Part shown: positions 10,315-20,053 of the stretch, piece by piece | Layout: each line of letters starts with the position of its first letter | Position numbering within the stretch: position 1 is the first letter of the stretch | Assembly (NCBI GenBank): GCA_963804165.1 | Contig: CAWDPO010000017.1 | Span: 64,001 to 128,000 of the forward strand | Reading direction: 5' to 3' | DNA: 64,000 nt | Source: an uncultured delta proteobacterium | GTDB lineage: Bacteria; Desulfobacterota; Binatia; UBA9968 | Translations under genes and position numbers: made by a program | The notes under the pieces: generated by a model | Database searches by the model: none | Told to the model about the DNA's origin: nothing | What the model saw: only the letters and a program-made list of their open reading frames with translations

Positions 10315-11493
10315 TTAACTTATCAAGCGCTGTCCGTATAGTTTGACGGCGTTGTCCCAGAGAATTTTTCGCTTTGCTTCGTCGGATATGGGATGTGCAT
10401 CAAAATCGGGAAGAGCTCTTGCTGGTTCCATTCCGTCAGCATGCGGATAGTCGGTGTTCCACACAATGTTTTCTCCATTTAGAAAATCCACCGCATACTT
10501 AAGCGCCGCTTCGTCACTGTCGCAGGCAACCGTACATTGCCGCTTGAAATACTCGCTCGGTAACATGGATAAATGCTCTGGTTTTCCCATCACGCTGTGG
10601 CGACCGTGCGTGTGTACATCCATACGGCCGAGCCAAAATGGCGCCCAGCCCGCGTTCGACTCCAGTATTGCCAGCCTGAGCTGGGGAAAGCGTTCCAAAA
10701 TTCCGGTAAAAATGAACTGTCCAAGCGTAGCCATATTGTCAAAGGGAAACCCCATCGCATGATTAAGTCCCCGCAACGTCATAGCGTCATGGTACGGCGT
10801 TTTTTCGCCAGCTGATTCCTCTTTAATGACCAAATCTCGAAACGGCTGAAATCGCTCATTCCTGTACTCGCCGTGAACAGCGATGGGGACATCCAACTCG
10901 GACGCGAGGGCCCATAGCGCGTGATAGTCGGGCTCATGCAGCCATCTGCCTTTAGGCAGAAGAACGTTTCTTAAGGAAACGGCTCCCAATTTCTCAACTG
11001 CGCGCCGTCCTTCTGCAAGCATCTCATTGATATCAGTTGAAATGATTACGGCGATGAACTTTAGCCGCTTGGGAGCGGCGCTACAGTAATCGTAGGCCCA
11101 GTTGTTGTACGCGCGGCATAAGGCTGCGCCGATTTCGCTGTCTTTCAGCGCGGCCCGTGGGCCAAAATTGCCATTACTCCCGGTGGGCAGCAGAACCTGA
11201 ATATCCCACCCATGTCGGTCCATGTCTTTAAGGCGAATCTCGGGCGACCACCATTTGTGAAAGGCTTCCCCATATTTTTCCTCGAGCGCATTCCATGCGG
11301 TTTGAGGCGGGCGACTCTCTATTTGTCCTTTCGGGATGATCTTTCCATCAGGTTCATAAACCATGAATGTACCATCCATGTAGGCCACTTTAGGAACTCG
11401 GTCCTTATATCTGCCTTCTACATAGCGTTCCCACATATCCTTCGGTTCGTGCATGTGAGCGTCAGCATCGATCACTTTGAATGATTTCCACAT
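10315..11493 (-). CDS. Amidohydrolase_2 family protein
   Basis: DADAH, LESNAGW, NTDYPHAD. Confidence 0.9.
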   Translation of the reverse strand: MWKSFKVIDADAHMHEPKDMWERYVEGRYKDRVPKVAYMDGTFMVYEPDGKIIPKGQIESRPPQTAWNALEEKYGEAFHKWWSPEIRLKDMDRHGWDIQVLLPTGSNGNFGPRAALKDSEIGAALCRAYNNWAYDYCSAAPKRLKFIAVIISTDINEMLAEGRRAVEKLGAVSLRNVLLPKGRWLHEPDYHALWALASELDVPIAVHGEYRNERFQPFRDLVIKEESAGEKTPYHDAMTLRGLNHAMGFPFDNMATLGQFIFTGILERFPQLRLAILESNAGWAPFWLGRMDVHTHGRHSVMGKPEHLSMLPSEYFKRQCTVACDSDEAALKYAVDFLNGENIVWNTDYPHADGMEPARALPDFDAHPISDEAKRKILWDNAVKLYGQRLIS

Positions 11494-11589
11494 GGGTCAT
11501 CTCCTGCTATATGCGATTTGTCTAACAGCACTATAAAGACTGAGCCGCGAGCGACACTTTTTCGCGCGCAAAGATCACTTTCTTCATCA

Positions 11590-11656
11590 ATATAGTTTTT
11601 GCGTCGGATCTGTCCAATACTTTTTTATCAGCAGAAAGTATAGACGTTCGTCTATA
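11590..11656 (-). promoter_or_regulatory. Putative sigma70 promoter plus palindromic operator upstream of the amidohydrolase pair
   Basis: Minus strand TTGGAC-N17-TATATT; perfect inverted repeat TATAGAC-GTTC-GTCTATA at 11639-11656, beside a LysR gene. Confidence 0.4.
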
Positions 11657-11754
11657 GAGGGCCAACTCTTGTGCGTTCGGCCGATGAATTCGGACGCGCC
11701 ACGCTAGAAGTCGCTCAAACGGAAAATTGCCGATGTTGAGAGAAGCGCGAGCCG

Positions 11755-12663
11755 CTAGAACTTGCGTTGAGATTTACGTAGGAGTCCGAGAAACTCCTGT
11801 GCGTTGGGAGAGAGCGGTTGGTCTTTCTTATAAACTACAAACGACTCGATCTCGATCTTCTTTAAATCAGTAATACTTAAGATCTTGAGATCACCTCTGC
11901 CAACCTCGTTCTTCAAGTGATCGCGGTAAAGCACTCCCACGCCTAAACACTTCATGACCGCAAGTTTGACAGCCTCGGCAGACTCACATTCCATAAAAAC
12001 GTTTAGCTCAAAACCTTGCTGCTCGATCTGCTTTAGAAGCTCCTGAGTTTTGGATTGACTTCTTTGCTTCACGATCAGAGGCAACTGGGCCAGTTCGGCC
12101 AAAGTCAGCCTTTTTCTCCTGCCCAGCGCGTGGTTAGTCGAAACAAAAAAAACAATCTTCTCAGCGCGACATGGCTCAACGTGAAACCTGCCTGAAACCT
12201 TCATCTGGGAAAGGTTGGTTACGACCGCAACCTCAATGCCGTCAGACTCGGCAAGAAGGCGCTCGATACTTAGACTGTCCCTGGTCCTGAGAGTTATCTG
12301 GATGAGAGGATGAGTTTTTTTAAAACTAGCCAAAAGGGATGGAATCAGAGACGCTGATGGGCCGTGTGACGCGCCGATCATCAGCCGACCGGGTGCCGGC
12401 GAAGGAGTGCGCGGACCGAAATTGTTTTCCAGGCTTTCGACTCGACGAAGAATTTCCTCCACTTCGCGCTGAAAGAGTTGTCCCTTTTCGGTCAGCTCGA
12501 TTCCACGGCCGGTTTTCCTGTACAGCTTCGTTTTATAGGACTCTTCCAGCGATCTCACTTGCTTGAACACCGAAGGCTGGCTGATCCGCAACTGTTTCGA
12601 GGCTTTGGTAAAGTTACGGTGATGGGACACCACCTGGAAAATTTTCAGCTGATGCAAGGTCAT
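11755..12663 (-). CDS. LysR family transcriptional regulator
   Basis: MTLHQLKIF…FTKASKQLRISQPSV…LTEKG HTH followed by a substrate-binding domain. Confidence 0.9.
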   Translation of the reverse strand: MTLHQLKIFQVVSHHRNFTKASKQLRISQPSVFKQVRSLEESYKTKLYRKTGRGIELTEKGQLFQREVEEILRRVESLENNFGPRTPSPAPGRLMIGASHGPSASLIPSLLASFKKTHPLIQITLRTRDSLSIERLLAESDGIEVAVVTNLSQMKVSGRFHVEPCRAEKIVFFVSTNHALGRRKRLTLAELAQLPLIVKQRSQSKTQELLKQIEQQGFELNVFMECESAEAVKLAVMKCLGVGVLYRDHLKNEVGRGDLKILSITDLKKIEIESFVVYKKDQPLSPNAQEFLGLLRKSQRKF

Positions 12664-12916
12664 AATCTTGGCTCGTTCTCTTAAAAGCGCCGTGTTTGTG
12701 CGATGCCTATCAGGACGTGCCCTGGCGATCAATATACAAATATCTATAGCTAGCTTTGACAAAAAAGTAGTGGACGCCAGACAGGCGACCGCCGTAGGTT
12801 AGGCAAGACATATTTCTAGAAGTCCCGTGAAACGGTGGGAGCCTATACGATTGGGCCAGGCCAACGGCTGTTGCGCATGAACGGAATAAAACCACATCCT
12901 TAGAAGGACGCTCACC

Positions 12917-13975
12917 ATGACATTTTGCAATGCCAGAACTTTCGTCGGCGTTAGCATTTGCTTGTCTCTCATGAGTATACCCCTCTGTGCGGCAGATATC
13001 TCACAGATTGCGCTCTATCGCGGCGCTGACCGGCAAACGAAGCTGGAAAAAGCGGCGCAAGCGGAAGGATCGGTCGTCTGGTACACTTCTATCGCATTGG
13101 GAGAGTCGCCTCGTTACGTCGAACTGTTCGAAAAACGCTATCCTTTCATTAAAGTCCATCTCGTTCGCTCCAACTCTTCCAGAATGGCGCAACGATACAT
13201 AGCCGAATATCAGGCGGGAACTTTTCTGGCTGATATTCTCGATACCGGTGATACCACCATAGAATTTTTTCGGCGCAAGGGAATGCTTCAATCGTATTAC
13301 TCCCCGCTTGCGGAGAAATTCGACAAGCGATTTATTCAAAATCAAAATTTTTGGGTCGCCAATCGGGCGACCATGACTGTGCTCGGATACAATACGCGTC
13401 TTGTCAAAGCTGCGGAGGTTCCAACTCGCTATGAAGAAGTGCTTGATGCGAAGTGGAAGGACAAATTTTCATTAGAGCGCGAGGATTCGCCATGGTTTAT
13501 GGCCCTGATGGAATATTGGGGCGAACAGAAAGGCAGGGTTTTCTTCCAAAAACTGCGCGCACAGAATCCGAGGATTCGTACCGGCCACACGCTTCAGGCA
13601 CAGCTCATTGCGGCGGGTGAGGATGCATTTTCTCCTGACACACATAGTGGAGGGATCGCCTCGGCTCAGCGTGCCGGCGCCCCCGTCGATTGGATTGATC
13701 TTGAGCCCGTGGTCGCCGCAAACAATGTCGCCGCTTTGGGAAAAAACGCGCCGCACCCCAACGCGGCAATGCTTTTCCTTGATTTTATGTTGAGCAAAGA
13801 CGGCGCTCAGAAGGTTCTCCGAGACGTTAACCGTATACCTACGCATCCCGAGGTTCTGCCGAATCCCCCTCGCTTGCGCGAGGGATTCAATTTTATTGTC
13901 ATCGATCCTGCGAAGTATAACGACAGTGCCGCACGCTATGGAAAATTGTGGCGTGAATGGGTGCTGCGAGAGTAG
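12917..13975 (+). CDS. ABC transporter extracellular solute-binding protein (Fe3+/thiamine-like)
   Basis: Signal peptide, EGSVVWYTS, APHPNAAMLFLDF. Confidence 0.85.
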   Translation: MTFCNARTFVGVSICLSLMSIPLCAADISQIALYRGADRQTKLEKAAQAEGSVVWYTSIALGESPRYVELFEKRYPFIKVHLVRSNSSRMAQRYIAEYQAGTFLADILDTGDTTIEFFRRKGMLQSYYSPLAEKFDKRFIQNQNFWVANRATMTVLGYNTRLVKAAEVPTRYEEVLDAKWKDKFSLEREDSPWFMALMEYWGEQKGRVFFQKLRAQNPRIRTGHTLQAQLIAAGEDAFSPDTHSGGIASAQRAGAPVDWIDLEPVVAANNVAALGKNAPHPNAAMLFLDFMLSKDGAQKVLRDVNRIPTHPEVLPNPPRLREGFNFIVIDPAKYNDSAARYGKLWREWVLRE

Positions 13976-14173
13976 ATTTCGGCCAACACGAACCTGGGAG
14001 GGACAGCGACGCGGTATCAGGCTTTGCTTATTTGATTCTCCCGGGTCGAAGGCGAGAAAACCCTAAACAAGCAAAAAGGGCAAAATCGGTGTTTGCTTTT
14101 TGTCAAAGCTTTTTCGATTCCCGAACTCTTCAGTGAAGCTCTCCTCCGTTTAGCTTGTTGAAGGATTCGCAGT

Positions 14174-14272
14174 TTATTCGACGACGACCTGCGCAACATG
14201 GATGTTCTGCGGCTGCAGCTCTAGCGCCATGCTTTGGACCAATCCGGTCAATCCCATTTTGCCCATCGCGCG
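14174..14272 (-). pseudogene. Internal fragment of an SDR oxidoreductase
   Basis: AMGKMGLTGLVQSMALELQPQNIHVAQVVV matches the SDR segment after the catalytic Lys. Confidence 0.6.
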
Positions 14273-14277
14273 GGGAT

Positions 14278-14458
14278 AAGGGTCAAATCCTTTGTTGACA
14301 ATTACTTCTCGGCAACTGCATGTTTCTGAGAAACTGGATACTTGCCTAGGCCGTCTTGGCAAATCCTTCTTTCACTTCTTTCTCGTAGGCGTGCAGCTTG
14401 TTAACGCTCGGGCGCTCCTGCATGCGTTTGAGTCAACAAAAGGTTCGCGTCCCCTTTT
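14278..14458. mobile_element. Inverted-end mini-element enclosing a GST 3' end fragment
   Basis: Left AAGGGTCAAATCCTTTGTTGAC; right GTCAACAAAAGGTTCGCGTCCCCTTTT. Interior 14346-14430 matches 25044-25128. Confidence 0.55.
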
Positions 14459-14489
14459 CTCTCTCTCCCCCCCAAAAAAAAATCAAGCG

Positions 14490-14606
14490 CTGCATCGCCC
14501 AAGCCAACACCGGGATTGTCATCAAACAGAAAGGCGATTGACAACTCTCTAAGTCCGGCGATATTGCTCGCGTCAGAAAAAAAGGTGCTTGAAATATCCT
14601 ATACAG
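14490..14606 (+). mobile_element. IS91/ISCR oriIS end (copy 3) with outward TTGACA
   Basis: …GATTGACAACTCTCTAAGTCCGGCGATATTGCTCGCGTCAGAAAAAAAGGTGCTTGAAATATCCTATACAG. Reverse-complement homolog of 17431-17550, about 30 bp upstream of the aldolase ATG. Confidence 0.8.
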
Positions 14607-14635
14607 AAACACCCGACTGAATTGCGCGAGGTACC

Positions 14636-15424
14636 ATGGACGACATGACATCGAGTCCCTATCCACCGTTCGCCGGGGTCGAGCCCTACGGCACCGTCCG
14701 TTCGGTTGTCGACGAACGGGCGCATCGCAAACGGATGTGTGCGCTTGGATACCGCATCTTCGGCGCGATGCGGTGGGGGATGCTCGGCGACGGCCACGTA
14801 TCGGCCCGTGACCCCGAGTTGACCGACCACTTCTGGCTGCTCGACTGGGGCGTCCCCTTCGGCGAGGCGACGGTCCACCAGTTGGTGCTGGTCGGACCCG
14901 GTGGCGAAGTGAAGGATGCCGACGGCAACGCGACCGGTGCCGTCAACACGGCCGGCTACAACATCCACCATCCGCTGCTCGCTGCCCGTCCCGACGTCGT
15001 GAGCGCATCTCACACCCACACCGCCTTCGGCACGCCATGGTCGGCCAACGTCGAGCCGTTTCGCGCGATCAGTCAGGAGGCGTGTGCCTTCGTGTTCGAC
15101 CAGGCACTCTTCGACGATGAGGATGTGGAGGTGCTTTCGATCGATGGCGGCAAGCGCATCGCCGCAGCACTCGGCAACAGGAAGTTCTGCATCCTGCGCA
15201 ACCACGGCCTGCTCACGGTCGGCCGGTCGGTGGAGGAATCGATCGGATGGTTTGTGATGGCCGAACGGGTGGCTGAGGTCCACGTGAAAGCGCCGAACGG
15301 GCGACCGATCTCTAACGAGGCCGCTGCGGTTGCAGCGTCGACACTCGCCCCTGACCCCGTCGGATGGCGGATGTTCCAGTGGGTCCAGCGGTCGCTCGTT
15401 CCCGATCGATCGGTGGTCGACTGA
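14636..15424 (+). CDS. Class II aldolase/adducin family protein
   Basis: GHVSARD, HTHT, LRNHGLLTVG; GAGG RBS; visibly GC-rich. Confidence 0.9.
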   Translation: MDDMTSSPYPPFAGVEPYGTVRSVVDERAHRKRMCALGYRIFGAMRWGMLGDGHVSARDPELTDHFWLLDWGVPFGEATVHQLVLVGPGGEVKDADGNATGAVNTAGYNIHHPLLAARPDVVSASHTHTAFGTPWSANVEPFRAISQEACAFVFDQALFDDEDVEVLSIDGGKRIAAALGNRKFCILRNHGLLTVGRSVEESIGWFVMAERVAEVHVKAPNGRPISNEAAAVAASTLAPDPVGWRMFQWVQRSLVPDRSVVD

Positions 15425-15877
15425 ACAGCGCGCCCGGCCAGCTACGCCGGCGTCAGACCGATGAGTCGATGATCGCAGAAGCAAATGGGGTCAAGTCCGC
15501 TCGTCACACTGAAACAACAGGACCGCGCGCGGTCCTATGGAACGCTTGGTGAGAGCGACGAAAATCCGAATGTCAAAACATAGGACTCAACCCCAAGGTA
15601 TTTAAAAGCTAAAAGCGGACTTGACCCCTTTGGGACTTTCTCGTCTCCGATCGCTCGGTGGTCGACTGAACAGCGCGCCCGGCCAGCTACGCCGGCGTCA
15701 GACCGACGAGTCGATGATCGCAGAAGCAATGGGGTCAAGTCCGCTCGTCACACTGAAACAACAGGACCGCGCGCGGTCCTATGGAACGCCTGGTGAGAGC
15801 GACGAAAATCCGAATGTCAAAAACATAGGCTCAACCCCAAGGCATTTAAAAGCTAAAAGCGGACTTGACCCCTTTGG
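15395..15877 (+). repeat. About 240 bp tandem direct repeat (two copies), each with a ~142 bp GGGGTCAAGTCCGCT…AGCGGACTTGACCCC inverted-end element
   Basis: Copies at about 15395-15633 and 15640-15877 differ by a few substitutions and indels. The unit begins with the aldolase 3' end. Confidence 0.9.
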
Positions 15878-15926
15878 CTGTGGACCCCTTTGGCTGTGTT
15901 GACCCCTTTGGCTGTGTTTGGCTGTG
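15867..15926 (+). repeat. Stutter repeat GACCCCTTTGGCTGTG x3 plus partial
   Basis: Units at 15867, 15883 and 15901, partial at 15917. Confidence 0.9.
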
Positions 15927-16268
15927 CAAAGCGGGCGGCCAAATGGCGCACGGTGCAGATCAGGCCTCTGTAACTCGCGCTATCGACAGCGTAGCGGCGA
16001 CGACCTCTGGGTTTATGACTCGGATATCCCGCACGAGCCGCCTCTACAGTGCGGTCGATGCTTTCGTCAAACGAGACGATATCAGCATCAGAGTAAGCGA
16101 AAGCTACTCCGCGCCTTTTACGGGCTGAGCGGTTCGAACGGGAGGTTAAGGGAACAAGGCTGAGCATACACGAGAAGTCGAGCGGCCAAAGTGATTTGTT
16201 TAGTTATCCAGCCGGACCCTGCAGCCTACACACGGGATACCAACATCCGGCAAGATAGAATCCAGATT

Positions 16269-16308
16269 CAGGCCTGACCCTACCACTCCAGGCCTGACCC
16301 TACCACTC
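16269..16308 (+). repeat. 20 bp tandem CAGGCCTGACCCTACCACTC x2
   Basis: Exact duplication seen directly. Confidence 0.9.
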
Positions 16309-16339
16309 TGCCCCTTTATCTTAATCTTCGGAAAGAGCC

Positions 16340-17260
16340 TTAACGCGTATCGATCGCCCGATTGTAATAGGAGAGATCTACGTACTTCTCCGCCGGTGGC
16401 AGCGGCGGCTTAAGGTATCCCATCTCGGCGCGCAGGGCGACAACGGATTTCAACCCCGGAAGATTCAATTCCGCTTTCGGATATAGACCGTAGTCCGAAT
16501 CCAGCAGGACATCTAAGGTCTCTTCCGCCACTTTGTCTTCAAGGCCGTTATGTGTAGCAAGAAGCTCCAAACAGGAGGCACGATTGTGAATGTCAAAACA
16601 CCATTCCGTCGCCTCGACATAAGCGCGAATATAGCGAACCAGCAAATCCCGATTCTTTTCAGCCCAAGAGCGCTTGGCCGCGCCCACAGTTCCCTGATAG
16701 CAGGAAACGATCTGATCGCCGCGCGCCAGCAGGTGGCAGCCTTGCGCCACAGCGTTGCCCGCGAACGGCGGCAAAAGCATGGTGCCGGCAACTCTACCCT
16801 CCAACAATGCTTGATAGCGCCGGTCGACGCCGCCGATCTCGACGAATTTGTAATCGTCGGGACCGAAGCCATTCGAGCGCAGCAGCTTTTCCAGGATGAA
16901 AACGAAACCGCTCGCGCGCGCGTCGACGGCCAGTTCTTTCCCGCGTAGCGACTCGACGGTCGTCATCCCCGGCGCTCCGACGATGCTCAAGAGGCCGCTA
17001 TGGAGTCCCATAAAGATAAAGAGGCTCGAAGGACCGCCGCCGAAGTCTTCCACATCGGCCACAATATCGTCAGCGCCCGTGTGGCCAATCTCGAATTCCC
17101 CCTTCCGCAAAGCGTCGCTGATATAAAGCGAGCCCGGCGTATAGGTTATGTCGATATCGAGACCATGCCGCGCAAATATTCCCTGCTCCCGGCCGGCGTG
17201 TACCGGAAGATTGTAGCCTGCCCGGAATTGGATCAGTCTAAGTCTTGTAAGACTGGCCAT
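16340..17260 (-). CDS. NitT/TauT-type substrate-binding-fold protein, no evident signal peptide
   Basis: GIFARHGLDI, LRGKELAVDA, KYVDLSYY; AGGAG RBS. Confidence 0.85.
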   Translation of the reverse strand: MASLTRLRLIQFRAGYNLPVHAGREQGIFARHGLDIDITYTPGSLYISDALRKGEFEIGHTGADDIVADVEDFGGGPSSLFIFMGLHSGLLSIVGAPGMTTVESLRGKELAVDARASGFVFILEKLLRSNGFGPDDYKFVEIGGVDRRYQALLEGRVAGTMLLPPFAGNAVAQGCHLLARGDQIVSCYQGTVGAAKRSWAEKNRDLLVRYIRAYVEATEWCFDIHNRASCLELLATHNGLEDKVAEETLDVLLDSDYGLYPKAELNLPGLKSVVALRAEMGYLKPPLPPAEKYVDLSYYNRAIDTR

Positions 17261-17278
17261 GGGAATCTCCTAGAGATT

Positions 17279-17909
<631 letters not shown>

Positions 17910-17910
<1 letters not shown>

Positions 17911-17942
17911 GCGGAAATGCGGTGAACCTTGGCGATCGGCAT
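17910..17942 (-). pseudogene. First 11 codons of a probable ring-opening amidohydrolase (cyanuric acid hydrolase/barbiturase family)
   Basis: AAGGA RBS then MPIAKVHRISA, cut by the transposase remnant. Matches the rhizobial cyanuric acid hydrolase N-terminus as I recall it; unverified. Confidence 0.5.
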
Positions 17943-17950
17943 GGTGTCCT

Positions 17951-19396
17951 TCAACAGCAGGGGGGTTGTGAGCGGTAGTGCGCCGCGACCGCGTGCTCGA
18001 GTTCGCCGATCGCCGACACGAGGCCGGAATTTTGCTGCATGTCGGCGCGAAGCCGCGCCAGCATGTCGTCGCGCATCGCCGGATAGTCGATGCCGAGCAC
18101 CTGGCCGTCGCGCACGACGGAGCGGCCCGCGACGATCAGCTCGTGGATGTGGCGCATGGTGGTCCGCGAGAACAAAAGATCCTGCGGATCGAGATCGGCG
18201 CGGAGCCGCTCGTGGTCGACCGCATCCCAGTCGAGAACCAGGATGTCGGCCGGCATGCCGGGCGCGAGCGCGCCGCCGTCGTCCTTGTTGGTGACCGAAA
18301 GACGGCCATTTTGGAACGCCATGCGCAGCATCGATGGGCGATCCACGTCGGTGGTGAACGCCACGCCCTGATGCAGCAGATGCGCGAGCCGCATCTCGCG
18401 CAGCGCATCGTCGTCCTCGTCGAACGTCGAGCCGTCGAGGCCGAGCGCCACGCGGCAGCCGCGCTTCACCATCTCCTTCAGCGGGGCGACGCCCGAGCGC
18501 AGATGCAGATTCGAGCTGGTGTTGACCGAGATGGTCGCGCCGCGCGCGGCGATCAGCTCCAGCTCATCGGGTCGCGCCCAGGTGCAATGGGCGAGCGTCA
18601 GCCGCGGGCTGAGGAAGCCGATCCCGTCGAGGAATTTCAGGATGCCGCCCGGATAATTGGCGTCGAGCCAGGCCCGCTGCGTGCTGGTCTCCAGGAGGTG
18701 CATGTGAATCCGGCGGCCGGTGCGCTTCGACGCGTCCGCGATCGCTTCCAGAAGCTCATGCGTGCACCATTGCACCGCCTGCGGGCCATACTGCACGTCG
18801 AACATCGGATTGGCGGCCGCCCCGGCCACCGCATCGACCAGCGCGATCTGCTGCTCGACCGGCAGCGGCGGGCGCAGATAGCGCTTCTCGACCTCCGCGC
18901 GCGCCTGCGGCGAAAGCGCATCGAGGATCGGCTCGGACGGTCCGTACACCAGCGGGTTACGGTTGCGCATCGCGATCGCAAAGCCCACCCGCACGCCGAC
19001 GTCGCGCGCCGCGCGCGCGACCTCGGCCACCTCGGTCGGCAAATCAGTGAGACTCTGGACGCGCGTGTAGTGCACCATGACGGCCGCCGCGCCGCCAAGC
19101 GCGCTGCGCGACAACGACACCGCGCCCGCAAGATAAGGATCGACCGACGGCAGCAGCGCCAGATAAGCGATCCAGGTTTCCAGCGGCTTGCCCGCGCCGC
19201 CATAGGCCGAGGTCGACGTCACGCGCGCATGATCGTGAGCGTTGGTGAGCGCCGGCAGCGCCAGCAGGCGCCGGGCGGCGCCGGCCCTGGCCGGCTCGAC
19301 CGAGACGATGCGATCGCCGTCGATCCGGATAACGTGCGCGCCCGCGGCCGGCGCAGTGGCATCCGGCTGGATGTGGGAGCACGTCAATTCACGCAT
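17951..19396 (-). CDS. Amidohydrolase_1 family (AtzA/TriA/SAH-deaminase-like)
   Basis: NAHDH, HMHLLE, AHC, SNLHLRSG, LGLDG; very GC-rich. Likely start MRELT. Confidence 0.9.
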   Translation of the reverse strand: MRELTCSHIQPDATAPAAGAHVIRIDGDRIVSVEPARAGAARRLLALPALTNAHDHARVTSTSAYGGAGKPLETWIAYLALLPSVDPYLAGAVSLSRSALGGAAAVMVHYTRVQSLTDLPTEVAEVARAARDVGVRVGFAIAMRNRNPLVYGPSEPILDALSPQARAEVEKRYLRPPLPVEQQIALVDAVAGAAANPMFDVQYGPQAVQWCTHELLEAIADASKRTGRRIHMHLLETSTQRAWLDANYPGGILKFLDGIGFLSPRLTLAHCTWARPDELELIAARGATISVNTSSNLHLRSGVAPLKEMVKRGCRVALGLDGSTFDEDDDALREMRLAHLLHQGVAFTTDVDRPSMLRMAFQNGRLSVTNKDDGGALAPGMPADILVLDWDAVDHERLRADLDPQDLLFSRTTMRHIHELIVAGRSVVRDGQVLGIDYPAMRDDMLARLRADMQQNSGLVSAIGELEHAVAAHYRSQPPCC

Positions 19397-19455
19397 TGGC
19401 ACCGGCCCGGCAAGCGAAAACCCGCAACCCGATGATGCGGGCTCTCTCATTGCGG

Positions 19456-19725
19456 TCAATTGGACAGCACCGCCGGCATCCGATCGGCCTTGGCCGGCAG
19501 GAAGTCACGGCTGAACACGTCGGCGGCTTGGGCACGCGCGGCAGCTCGAACGACTCCGCGATGGTCGCTGCCGCCGCCGCCATCCGCTCGTCGCTCACGT
19601 CGCCGATGCCCAGCGAACGCGACTCGGGGGTGTCGATCAGCGTCTTGTAGACATAGAGCATGCGGCGCTTTTCGATGTCCTTCTTGATCAGCGCCTCCCT
19701 CTGCGCGAGAAGATCGATCGCGGCA
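19456..19725 (-). pseudogene. C-terminal fragment of a NitT/TauT ABC SBP, cut at the oriIS
   Basis: AAIDLLAQREALIKKDIEKRR…GIGDVSDERM…DVFSRDFLPAKADR*, with one indel. Confidence 0.75.
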
Positions 19726-19727
19726 CT

Positions 19728-19846
19728 GTATAGGAAATTTAAACCACCTTTTTTTTCTGGCCTGAGCCATATCGCCGGACCGGCGAGTTGTCAATTTCTT
19801 TTCTGTCTGATGAAATTCGCAGTTTTGCTTCGGTCGGCTTGGGCGG
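19728..19846 (-). mobile_element. IS91/ISCR oriIS end (copy 5)
   Basis: Near-identical to 17433-17545; ends GGTGGTTTAAATTTCCTATAC; truncated at the stutter repeat 19847-19883. Confidence 0.9.
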
Positions 19847-20001
19847 CAGGCCGAGTAAGGGGTCACAGGCCGAATAAGGGTCTTGGATATTGCTCTTTCT
19901 CGTGGTTTGCCGGATTGCGCCTTGCAAAAGGATTGAGGTTGAGTTGCTTGTGTATGATTTCTGGGCTTGAAGGCGCTGCTGCTGCACTAGAACTAGAACG
20001 C

Positions 20002-20030
20002 AAAACGCCGGGGATTTGCCCCGGCGTTTT
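20002..20030. terminator. Intrinsic terminator hairpin
   Basis: AAAACGCCGGGG-ATTTG-CCCCGGCGTTTT. Confidence 0.8.
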
Positions 20031-20053
20031 CAATTGCGCGTAAGATTTGAAGG

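Noticed and set aside
14346-14430. Diversity-generating retroelement TR/VR pair with the GST 3' end
   Set aside because: Only four of six differences are at adenines, half are synonymous, and there is no reverse transcriptase in the window.
15927-16260. Coding gene between the stutter repeats
   Set aside because: None of the short ORFs shows a recognisable motif or RBS.
15395-16308. CRISPR array
   Set aside because: Repeats are directly tandem or about 240 bp long with no unique 30-40 bp spacers, and no cas genes are present.
17978-19435. 485 aa plus-strand ORF (also 22674..23789, 40314..41408, 14573..15484)
   Set aside because: Antisense shadows of GC-rich genes that carry clear family motifs.
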